Positions 19,551-28,380 of a stretch of 64,000 nucleotides of DNA are shown one piece after another; the stretch's first letter is position 1, and each line of letters starts with the position of its first letter. The position numbers and the translations under genes were made by a program. This DNA comes from Chloroflexota bacterium (GTDB taxonomy: Bacteria > Chloroflexota > Dehalococcoidia > Lucifugimonadales > UBA3495): the NCBI GenBank assembly GCA_027623675.1, contig JAQBVF010000003.1, positions 64,001 to 128,000 of the forward strand. Direction: 5' to 3'. The notes beneath the pieces were generated by a model. The model ran no database searches. It saw only the letters and a list, made by a program, of their open reading frames with translations, and was not told where the DNA came from.

Positions 19551-21410
19551 CTATTCGCTGAGGTTAAAGACGAACCTCAGATTGGAGATGCTGCTCCGCA
19601 GTAGGAAGAAGCGGGCATTTACCTCGGGAATCATGGCGTTGGCTAGAAATAGGCTATCGTTGGACTGGGTCTCGGCGCTTTCCAACTCCAACGAGAGCCA
19701 TTTCAAGATTGTCCCAAAGTATTCTCCGGCTTCTTGATTTACCGCGGCGGCGGCCTCCGGCGGAGATAACTGGTCCAGGTCAGCGATCAGTTTCTTGGAT
19801 GCCTTGACCAAGGCGGCTCGCGTGCGGACCGCCTCATTGGCGTTCTGGCGTTGGAGAATATTCTGCTTTCGTTGGTCTAAGATCGCGTCCCGGTCGGCCA
19901 GGATCACATCAAGAGCCGCCAGGTAGTTTGCTATCGCGGTCTGTTCCGGGTCGGACCAATCGATCAGCCAGGCTTTGAAGTTTGACTCAAACAGGCCCAA
20001 CTTCTGGCCGGTTACCGCCAACATCGAGGATGCCAGGCTCGAGCCTCGTCCAATCTCCGCAACCACATCCCGGCCGGACAGCGGGCCGTAGGTCTCGTTC
20101 AAGTATCGTATGGCCATGTACGCTTCCGCGTATTGGAGGGTAACCAGGTCCTCGGTGGGGCGCTTGTTCCAGTCCGACTGGCGGTCCAGCTCAGCCAGGG
20201 TGAACAGGCTGCCTGCCCGCGCCGCCGTGCGGGCTACGTCAGCAGACCCGAATTGCCGCAGTCTGGACGCTTGAGGGCGGGGGCCGGCTAAAGCGATATC
20301 AAATTCGTAGTATCGGGAGAGTCCCTCAGCCAGCCACGCCGGCAGCGTCTTAGCTTTGGCCACGCCGTCGAGGACCCGGTGAGCGTATTCGTGGGCCAGC
20401 AGCCGCTGCAACTCGGTCGTCGGCAGGTCAGTGCGGATGTAGATCCCGGGCCGGGTCCCGAACGTTTTGTAGTAGCCGTCTTCAAATCCCAGGTTGATGC
20501 CGTCCGACAGACTCACCTCAGCCAGAAGTTCCCGGTTCTCCATCAGATACAGGTTGGGTAGCTCGCCCGTCTTGGTTTCGGTACGGAGGGCCATCAGCAG
20601 GCTGGTGTCGATCAAGAAATCTTGGAGGTCAGCCACCACCGCCTGAGGCACCAGGGCCGAGTAAAAGACGGTTATTCCGGGGCCGTCGTGGCGGGTCAGC
20701 AGCGCCCCGGCCGACGTCTTTATGGTGTCGCCCAGGTCAAACTCGCTCAGGGAATAGGAGGTGGAGGATACGCTGCCCTGCCGGTCGATCGCCACCGACC
20801 AAGCGCCGACGCCATCCCGGGAACCGTACCGTTTCCAATCAAGTTCACCGGAGGTGTTCGGGTACATCTTGAATGAAGTGGCTTTGACCCCGTTTGCGTC
20901 AACGATGTTGACGTCTTCGGCGGTGATCCAGGGCACGACTACCCCTTGAGGGTCGAGGAACGAGACGATAACCGCTTCCCAAGGAGTTAGGCCCGACAAC
21001 GCGAAAGAAACGTCCCGTCCCGCGAACTGTTTATCGGGTGAGATCGTGAGGGAAACACCGCTTCCCAGATCGACTCTGGCGACGCCCGGAGGGGGCGGAG
21101 TGGGAGTTGGCCTCGGGGTGGCGGTCGGCTGAGGGGTAGGCGTGGCGGTCGGCGGTATGGGCGTCGCGGTGGGAGCGGGGGTCAAGGTCGGGACCGGGAC
21201 GGCAGTCGCCGTGGCCGCCGGCGTGGGGCTTGGCGTTGGCCGTGGCGAAGCGGCCGTAGCCGCGGGGCTGGCGGCGGTTGGACCTGGGGTGGCCGTGGCC
21301 GGAGTGGCCGTTGAATCGGACGCAGGCGTTTTCGGCCCGGCGGACGGGGTGCAGGCGGCCAGGCTGATCAGAAGGGCAATCGCAACTAAGACCGCGGTAG
21401 TCAGCTTCAT
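19551..21410 (-). CDS. Lipoprotein with Pro/Thr linker and peptidase-MA-like (gluzincin) domain
   Basis: Lipobox LAAC, PT-rich tract, LAHEYAH...PAWLAEGLS...YAEAY. Confidence 0.75.
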   Translation of the reverse strand: MKLTTAVLVAIALLISLAACTPSAGPKTPASDSTATPATATPGPTAASPAATAASPRPTPSPTPAATATAVPVPTLTPAPTATPIPPTATPTPQPTATPRPTPTPPPPGVARVDLGSGVSLTISPDKQFAGRDVSFALSGLTPWEAVIVSFLDPQGVVVPWITAEDVNIVDANGVKATSFKMYPNTSGELDWKRYGSRDGVGAWSVAIDRQGSVSSTSYSLSEFDLGDTIKTSAGALLTRHDGPGITVFYSALVPQAVVADLQDFLIDTSLLMALRTETKTGELPNLYLMENRELLAEVSLSDGINLGFEDGYYKTFGTRPGIYIRTDLPTTELQRLLAHEYAHRVLDGVAKAKTLPAWLAEGLSRYYEFDIALAGPRPQASRLRQFGSADVARTAARAGSLFTLAELDRQSDWNKRPTEDLVTLQYAEAYMAIRYLNETYGPLSGRDVVAEIGRGSSLASSMLAVTGQKLGLFESNFKAWLIDWSDPEQTAIANYLAALDVILADRDAILDQRKQNILQRQNANEAVRTRAALVKASKKLIADLDQLSPPEAAAAVNQEAGEYFGTILKWLSLELESAETQSNDSLFLANAMIPEVNARFFLLRSSISNLRFVFNLSE

Positions 21411-21699
21411 GACTTGGCGGCTTTGGCACCTGAAGGGCAGGCCGAGAGGCACGGTTGGGATTTGACCAGCATGAATCCAGTCTTACATAGGGGGAGTTCT
21501 AGGGCAAGCAAGGCGTCGCGTCCCACGCTTGGTCTGGACCGGAGGCCCAGACCAGAGGCTCAGACCGGAGACAGAACATGCCGATCGAGATTTTGCCTGG
21601 GTGAAAGAGTCAAACTCGTGTTAGGATAATCTTGATTTTTGAGGCCCATTCCTGGCCGTCTCATCAAGACCGGTCAGGCCATAACGACTGGAGGGTGCC

Positions 21700-22461
21700 A
21701 TGAACGTCCACGTTTACACGCAACCTGGTTGATTCAGCTGCCGGACTGTAGAAGAATTTCTGAAGTCCAACGGTGTTCAGTATGAGCACCACAACGTACT
21801 GGAAGACCAACAAGCCCTGGAGGACCTGCGCGGCCGGGGCATAAAAGCATTGCCGGTGACCATCATCGATGACTCAGAAGTCATCATCGGTTATTTCCCC
21901 AAGAAGCTGATTCCTGCGCTCAAGCTGGATGTGAAAGTTGATCTTTCGGGAAAGACCGAATGGCTGGCCGACAAATACAACAGGATACTCAGCGCGGCTG
22001 TCCGGACCACTGCCCAGTTCTCGCAGGAGCAGCTGGACGCGGAAGTGCCGTGGCGTCCTTGGACCCTGCGGAAGACCGTCCTCCACATCATGTCCTTTCC
22101 CGAGGTGGCCTACCTGAGCCACAAGGTGGGCAGCATGAGCCAGGAGGACATGCGGGCCTCCGACGCACGCCTGGAGCCGGTCTATACCGCCGGCGACATG
22201 GCTGAATACGGTGAAAAGGTGCGCGGCGACATTGTGGCGTTCCTGAACAGCGGCGACATCGATGCCTTCGACCGGGAGGTTCCCGCCCATTACGGCGGCG
22301 AGGTAACGGTTCTGGAACTGCTGAACATCATTTTGAGCCACAGCACCCATCATCTGAAGCAGGTTTATCACCTGATGCAGACCGATCTCGGCATCACCCC
22401 GAAAGACCCAGCCAGCGATGCCGACTTTGAGGGCATCCAAACCCCGGAATCCCTTTTCTAG
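21700..22461 (+). CDS. Probable selenoprotein: glutaredoxin (UxxC) domain fused to a DinB/YfiT-like domain
   Basis: GGAGG RBS, ATG 21700, MNVHVYTQPG-TGA(21730-21732)-FSC, in frame with track ORF 21850..22461; cis-Pro motif ALPV; DinB histidines (VLHI, SHSTHH). Confidence 0.85.
21743..21768 (+). promoter_or_regulatory. Candidate bacterial SECIS element
   Basis: GGACT/AGTCC lower stem, AGAA/TTCT upper stem, loop GAAT beginning with G, 21 nt after the TGA. Confidence 0.6.
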
Positions 22462-22676
22462 GAACCTAGCGTTTCGTCCTGCTTAGGATTGCCGGTCCTT
22501 CCGCGGAGTGCCTGTTGCGCTGCGGAAGGACTGTATCTTTAGAAGGGTTGTATCTTTAGCTTGACCGGCGCACTGGGATGGACGCATTGCCATCCGTCCC
22601 TTTAGGCCGTCCCTTTAGCCTGTCCTTTTAGCGAGATTGGTGTTGTAGAAAAGATCTTACCTTTAGCGGAGTTGAT

Positions 22677-24224
22677 ATGAAATACGACTATATAGTCCTT
22701 GGCGCGGGCTCGGCCGGTTCGATCGTGGCAACCCGCCTCTCCGAAGACCCGTCCAAGAATATCTTGCTGCTCGAGGCGGGCCCCGACTACCCGGATTTCG
22801 AGCGTCTCCCCGAGGAAGTGAAGTTCGGCTACGCCACCGAGATCGACATCATGGTCAGCGACCACAACTGGCAGTTCGTGGGTAAGGCCACCGAGAAAGC
22901 GCCCGAGATGATGGTCCCCAGAGGCAAGGTAACCGGCGGCTCCAGCGCCATCAACGGCCAGGTCTTCCTCAGGGGAGTGCCCGAGGACTACGACTCCTGG
23001 GCCGAGATGGGCAACACCGAATGGAAGTTCCAGGACTGCCTGCCCTATTTCCGCAAGATCGAAACGGACACCGACTTCAGCGACGACTTCCACGGTAATG
23101 AAGGCCCCATCGTGATGCACCGCTTCCCCCGGGACACCTGGCATCCGGCGACCGAGGCCTTCTATCAGGCGTGCCGAGCCGCCGGCTATCCCGATTCCCC
23201 AGACCACAACAACCCTGATTCCACGGGCGTGGGGCCAACCCCGCTGAACAACCCCAACGGCATCCGCATGAGCACCGCGTTGGGCTACTTGGACCAGATC
23301 CGGCACCGCCTCAACGTGACCATCCGGGCCAATTGCCATGTGCAGCGCATCCTGTTCGAGGGCAAGCGGGCCGTGGGCGTCGAGGTTGAGAGCGGCGGTG
23401 AGAGATTCACAGTTGAGGGCGCCGAGATCATCTTGAGCTGCGGGGCCATCGGTTCGCCCCATACCCTGATGCTGTCCGGCGTCGGTCCGGCCGCACACCT
23501 GCAGGAGTTCGGCATACCCGTGGTACATGATGCCCCCGGCGTCGGTCAGAATATGCGCGACCATCCGCTGGTGTTCGTTACCTGGCGCACCAAACCGGAG
23601 GTGGAACTGGACGGCAACGCACCCCGGATGCAGGCCACCCTGCGCTACACCGCCGGCGGGTCAGACCTCCGGAACGACATGAAGGTCTCCATGCAGTCAT
23701 TCGCCACCGGCCGGATCAACCTGGGCGGCGACCGGATGGTTCCCCTGGGCATCCGCATGTCCAGCGGAATCCAGTTGGCCGCCGGGGCCGGAGAACTTCG
23801 GTTGCAGTCGGCGGACCCTTCGGTGCAGCCGTTCTTGGACTACCGTTATCTGGAGGAGGAGTTCGACCGGGCACGCCTGCGGGAGACGGTCCGGATCTGT
23901 GTGGCCCTGGGCGAGGACCCGGCGTTCAAGGACATCATCCAAGAGCGTATCGAGCCCACGGACGCCGAATTGGAGAGCGACGATGCCCTGGACGAGTTTC
24001 TGTACCGGGAGGTGAGCACTTCTCAGCACATATCCTGCACCTGCAAGATGGGGCCGTCTTCCGACCCCATGGCCGTGGTTGACCAGTATGGCAAGGTCCA
24101 TGGCATGGAGGGACTACGGGTGGTTGACGCCTCCATCATGCCCGACTGCATCCGCGCCAACACCAACGTAACCACCATGATGATTGGCGAGCGAGTGGCC
24201 GACTGGATCAAGCAGGGCAAGTAG
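22677..24224 (+). CDS. GMC family oxidoreductase
   Basis: GAGSAG, GGSSAING, QHISCTCKMG; close paralog of 17833..19374. Confidence 0.92.
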   Translation: MKYDYIVLGAGSAGSIVATRLSEDPSKNILLLEAGPDYPDFERLPEEVKFGYATEIDIMVSDHNWQFVGKATEKAPEMMVPRGKVTGGSSAINGQVFLRGVPEDYDSWAEMGNTEWKFQDCLPYFRKIETDTDFSDDFHGNEGPIVMHRFPRDTWHPATEAFYQACRAAGYPDSPDHNNPDSTGVGPTPLNNPNGIRMSTALGYLDQIRHRLNVTIRANCHVQRILFEGKRAVGVEVESGGERFTVEGAEIILSCGAIGSPHTLMLSGVGPAAHLQEFGIPVVHDAPGVGQNMRDHPLVFVTWRTKPEVELDGNAPRMQATLRYTAGGSDLRNDMKVSMQSFATGRINLGGDRMVPLGIRMSSGIQLAAGAGELRLQSADPSVQPFLDYRYLEEEFDRARLRETVRICVALGEDPAFKDIIQERIEPTDAELESDDALDEFLYREVSTSQHISCTCKMGPSSDPMAVVDQYGKVHGMEGLRVVDASIMPDCIRANTNVTTMMIGERVADWIKQGK

Positions 24225-24315
24225 ACGGCGGTTTCCCGCGTAACGGCTTGCAAGGTCCCCTCCCAACCGCGTAGCAGAGGGGACACGGTTCTCCCACGAG
24301 ACGGATCGCAACAAA

Positions 24316-24352
24316 CAGAGGGCTGCAGATCATTCTGCAGCCCTCTGCTTTT
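24316..24352 (+). terminator. Intrinsic terminator (possibly bidirectional)
   Basis: CAGAGGGCTGCAGA/TCTGCAGCCCTCTG 14-bp stem followed by CTTTT. Confidence 0.75.
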
Positions 24353-24382
24353 CCGCCGCGTCATTACGCGGGAGCCTCACCC

Positions 24383-24577
24383 TCATTCGTAGTAGTAGTA
24401 TCGGACCCCTGGAGCTGGGATCCGGTAGTTCCAGTGCGTCCCATCCCCGGAGAGTGGTTCCTGCTCGGCAACCTCGAAGATGTCGAGGGATTTATGCTCA
24501 AGGAATGGGTCGAGTTGGTCCAAACCGCCTTCAATCTCTAGGAGTAGGAATTCGTCTGCCCATGAGATAGCTGCCAT
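24383..24577 (-). CDS. Small acidic hypothetical protein (64 aa) ending RYYYYE
   Basis: GGAGG RBS upstream of GTG-ATG; follows a co-oriented gene. Confidence 0.5.
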   Translation of the reverse strand: MAAISWADEFLLLEIEGGLDQLDPFLEHKSLDIFEVAEQEPLSGDGTHWNYRIPAPGVRYYYYE

Positions 24578-24656
24578 CACAAACCTCCGAGTTTGGATAG
24601 GGGTTGTGGTCTTACGAATCATCTATGGCGGGCGCCGGACATCACCCAATGGTTAA

Positions 24657-25082
24657 TCAGTCAAGGCGCAGCTGGGGCAGCCTGCCGGTATGGCCGAAGC
24701 ATAAAACTCGCCCGTCGTGGGTATGTCCTTGACCCAAGATGGCGGCGACTTTCTTGGAGTCGTTTTCGCTGTAAACATTGGCGACCAGGATGTGCCGGCC
24801 GGCCTTCATGTGTTCTTCGTAATCGTGGGCCGTCGAGGAATCCAACTCCAGCAGGTCCTCCAGGTATTGGAACATCAGATGCAACCGTCCGAACGGCAGG
24901 CCGATGGGATCGGGGTGGAGGGACCTGCGGTGGGCGTAGAACATCTGGATGTTCTGGGGCGGGGAACCGGACGCCAGCAACCGGGCGATGGTCCCCTCCG
25001 ATTCGCTGCAGCCGTCGATCGCCGCCACCAAGAATCGCAGGTCAAACATGGATTCCGGGGTTACCGGTCCTCGAGTTGCCAT
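24657..25082 (-). CDS. Hypothetical protein
   Basis: GGGAGG RBS; plausible alpha/beta protein (YEEHMKAGRHILV). Confidence 0.65.
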   Translation of the reverse strand: MATRGPVTPESMFDLRFLVAAIDGCSESEGTIARLLASGSPPQNIQMFYAHRRSLHPDPIGLPFGRLHLMFQYLEDLLELDSSTAHDYEEHMKAGRHILVANVYSENDSKKVAAILGQGHTHDGRVLCFGHTGRLPQLRLD

Positions 25083-25491
25083 ACCTGCCTCCCTAGCCGC
25101 TATGGATTCCTGGCAGATGCCTGGCCGGGGTCCATGGGGTGTCGCGGTACTGCGGGAAAGTTCCCGGCTGGAAATGTGCGGCAGTTAGCCCCAGAGATTC
25201 GAGCTTCGTGCGGCGAATATGGGAGATATGACGGAAGAATACCTCTGTGAAGATAAATTGTCAAAATAGTGTTAAATATCACAATAAATCGTTACGATAT
25301 TCACAATCTGTGCCCCCTTTATTGGAATGAGTAACACGACAATAGTACGCTCGCCGAACCCCGAGTTGGCGTGGGACTGCCTTTCCTGGCTGTGCCTGGA
25401 CGGCTGACGGGGCGTGTGCGGCGCGGGCGGCCTGGGGACAACAGCAATCGGAGCGGCAACGGTCATTGCTCCGGCGGCGCGATAGGGTGAT

Positions 25492-25529
25492 AAAAAAGGG
25501 GGCTGCGGAGATAATCCGCAGCCCCCTTT
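25492..25529 (-). terminator. Intrinsic terminator after the cyclase gene
   Basis: GGGGGCTGCGGA/TCCGCAGCCCCC stem with flanking A/T tracts. Confidence 0.8.
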
Positions 25530-25549
25530 CGATTCGTCCGGTGAGCCGT

Positions 25550-26479
25550 TTAAAAGACGGCCAGGGGGTTGGTGGGGGAGCCGGTGGCGTTCTTGAAACG
25601 CAGCGGGGCCACGATGAACATGAATTCGTAGCGGCCCAGGCGCTCACAGACGGCGGCCAATTCCTCGCAGTTGCCGGCGTCAATCAGCCACAGTCCCATG
25701 CCGACGATGCCCACGCGGTGGATCGGCAGGCCGATGCCCGGGTAGCCGCTGGGGTCGGCGTCCTGAGAGGCGTCTCCGGCCACCAGGGAGATGCCGCGCT
25801 CCTTCAGCCAGGGCAGCGTCTCGGCGTGCAGCCCGGGGCGGCCCGACACGGGGGCGCCCTTCTCCAGCCGGCGCTTGTACCACCCCAGCCGCAGCATCAG
25901 GGCATCACCCTCTTCCAGGCGAACACCCTGCGCCTTCTCGGCGGCTTCCAGGTCCTCGGTGAAGACGCCTTCGCCGGCCTCCAGCCAGTCGACGCCGCGC
26001 ACCTTGGCGATATCGAGCATTACGCCCCGGGTGATGATGCCGTCTTTGGCGGTGTCGATGTTCAACACCTCGGCTTTGGACTCGCTGCCCACCTGCCCTG
26101 GGTCAAAGCCGTTGTAGAGTTTGCCGTTCCAGGTCTGGTGGCACAGGGCGTCCAGGTGAGAGATGGTCAGACCGTGATAGGAGAACCCTAGAAAGTCGGA
26201 CGTGCCGCCGCCGCCCTGGGCGGGTACGGTGTCTCCGGCCCGGATCATGTAGTGGAGGGGAGGAAGGGTCGTCACATCGGAGGCGATCTCGGGGACGATC
26301 AACCGGGAGCACGACACGCTGATGCCCTCTTTGACCAGGGCCGCCGCCTGGGCGCGCTTGGCGTCGGTGATCAGGTTGAGGGTGCCCAGTTGGTCGTCTT
26401 TACCCCAGCGTCCCCAGTTGCTGAGCGAGTCCATCCAGCCGATGACTTGTTCCTCCGAGGGTATCTGTCTCGTGGCCAT
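25550..26479 (-). CDS. Cyclase family metal-dependent hydrolase (kynurenine formamidase-like)
   Basis: SNWGRWGKDDQLGTLN, HGLTISHLDALCH, ATGSPTNPLA. Confidence 0.9.
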   Translation of the reverse strand: MATRQIPSEEQVIGWMDSLSNWGRWGKDDQLGTLNLITDAKRAQAAALVKEGISVSCSRLIVPEIASDVTTLPPLHYMIRAGDTVPAQGGGGTSDFLGFSYHGLTISHLDALCHQTWNGKLYNGFDPGQVGSESKAEVLNIDTAKDGIITRGVMLDIAKVRGVDWLEAGEGVFTEDLEAAEKAQGVRLEEGDALMLRLGWYKRRLEKGAPVSGRPGLHAETLPWLKERGISLVAGDASQDADPSGYPGIGLPIHRVGIVGMGLWLIDAGNCEELAAVCERLGRYEFMFIVAPLRFKNATGSPTNPLAVF

Positions 26480-26566
26480 GTTCTCTCCTTGGTTTCTTCG
26501 ATTTTTTGTTCAGCTGATTGGGGTCCTTCGACAAGCTCTGGATGAGCGGATCTGTTTGCTGACGCC

Positions 26567-28246
26567 TCACTCCGTCACCAGGGCCTGCACCGTTCCGTCC
26601 ACGAATAGTATCTCGATGGTGCGGGAGACGGCTTCCTCCAGTTGGGCGTGCCCGGTCTGGTTCAGATGCTGGCCCAGGCTGTCTACGATGTCGGCAACGG
26701 ACCGCTGGCCGTCGACCTCGCCGATCACTGCGGCCACCAAGGGACTGCACGGCGTGCCCTCTGGCTGGGAGACGGTGTTTAGGACATGTCCCAGTACGAA
26801 CTCCCCTTCCGCCAGCACCGGTTTGCGCTGGACCGCGACGCCCTCCGCCAGGCGCGGGATGGCGTTCAACAGTTGGTTGCGCTGCGGGTCTCCGGCCAGG
26901 GCGGCCAGCCAACCGGTACGGGCTTGGCGCTCCGATTCCACCGTGCGCACGCTTCGGATGAACTCGTCGGGCGCGTGGCCCCGGTCCAGCACCGCCCTTT
27001 CGTAGCCCCTGGGCGGCTGCCCGGCCACCGCTTGGATGAAGCTATGGCGTGGGGAGTACTCACCCGTGTTGGTGATGCGCCGCGCTTCCCAGAAGTACGA
27101 CTCGGCGGTGAGATTGCTGGAGTAGAACAGGCGGGCCATCTCCCGAAACTGGTTGTACTCCTTCAGGTATAGCTCCTGGTAGACCAGCCCGGCTTCCTCG
27201 GCCATCGTTGGGTTGTTGAGGGCGGTGGTCACGTAGGCCGAGGCTAGCACCCCGGACATGAGGGCCAGATGGACCCCGGAAGAAAAGAGGGGGTCCACGA
27301 AACAGGCGGCGTCGCCGGCCAGGATGTAGCCCGGCCCGAACAGCTTTTCGGAGGTGTACGACCAGTCCAGCGCCACGGTGGCGCCAGGGTCCAAGTCCAT
27401 CTTGGCGTTGGCCAGCATCACGCTCAGGACGCGGCTCTGGGCTATCTGGGCCTCCAAGAACGCCTTGGCCCCATTCTTCTGGATGGCCTCTTGTCCGGTT
27501 TTGGAATCCACCACCGCGCCCACGCTGGTGCGGCCGGTGTGCAGCGGGATGCTCCACAGCCAGCCGTGGGCGTAGGACTCGATGAAGATGTTGTTCTGGT
27601 TGGGTTCGGGCAGTGGCAGCGCGCCGGTGAAATAGCCGTATACCGCCAGGTTCTGGAAGAAGGGGTCCCACCGTTTGGAATCCAGATGCCTGGCCAGCAG
27701 GGTCGATTGCCCGGTGGCGTCCACCACGAAGCGGCACTGGGCCTCGCCGGAAACACCGCCGGGGTTGGTGAACTCCACTCCCACCGCTTCGCCGCCGTCG
27801 AAGATGACCTCGGTGACGTGATGCCCCTCCAGCACGGTTACACCCTGGGACTTGGCATTTTCCAGCAGGATCTGGTCGAACTGGGGACGCCAGACCTGAT
27901 ACGAATGAGGGTAGCGCCGGCTGGTTTCTTTGAAGTACCAACTCCAGGGCGTGTCGCCGCTGCCCCAGACCATGGTCGCGCCGTACTTGGGCAGGAACCC
28001 GGCGCTCTCCACGGCCGGCAGCGCGCCCAGCTCCTCTAACACCGGTATCGAAGCTGGCAGCAGAGATTCGCCGACGTGGTTGCGGGGGAACCTCTCCCGT
28101 TCTAGGACAATCACCTGCCAGCCTTTGCGCGCCAGCATGATGGCTGCGGCGCTGCCCGCCGGGCCCCCGCCGATCACGATAACGTCGGCGCTCAGGTCTA
28201 GGCCGGAATCGTCTCGGGTTACGTCTGAGGGGTCATTGGTGCTCAT
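26567..28246 (-). CDS. Flavin-dependent halogenase (PltA/CmlS-like) with C-terminal winged-helix extension
   Basis: GGGPAG, HVGESL, FLPKYGA (catalytic Lys position), GWLWSIP (WxWxIP), GDAACFVDPLFSSGV. Confidence 0.85.
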   Translation of the reverse strand: MSTNDPSDVTRDDSGLDLSADVIVIGGGPAGSAAAIMLARKGWQVIVLERERFPRNHVGESLLPASIPVLEELGALPAVESAGFLPKYGATMVWGSGDTPWSWYFKETSRRYPHSYQVWRPQFDQILLENAKSQGVTVLEGHHVTEVIFDGGEAVGVEFTNPGGVSGEAQCRFVVDATGQSTLLARHLDSKRWDPFFQNLAVYGYFTGALPLPEPNQNNIFIESYAHGWLWSIPLHTGRTSVGAVVDSKTGQEAIQKNGAKAFLEAQIAQSRVLSVMLANAKMDLDPGATVALDWSYTSEKLFGPGYILAGDAACFVDPLFSSGVHLALMSGVLASAYVTTALNNPTMAEEAGLVYQELYLKEYNQFREMARLFYSSNLTAESYFWEARRITNTGEYSPRHSFIQAVAGQPPRGYERAVLDRGHAPDEFIRSVRTVESERQARTGWLAALAGDPQRNQLLNAIPRLAEGVAVQRKPVLAEGEFVLGHVLNTVSQPEGTPCSPLVAAVIGEVDGQRSVADIVDSLGQHLNQTGHAQLEEAVSRTIEILFVDGTVQALVTE

Positions 28247-28380
28247 AGCGACATATTATGCGCGGGCGGCTCCCGCTTGGGAATCCCCGTTGGGTGGTGT
28301 CCGCTTGGCAGAAACAGATTCCCCCGGCCAAAAGACGATGGCCTGGGGAATCGTTACGCTTTGTCCGGTACGCCGGGCCG

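Noticed and set aside
21061..21340. Repetitive GC-rich tract
   Set aside because: It encodes the Pro/Thr/Ala linker of the lipoprotein.
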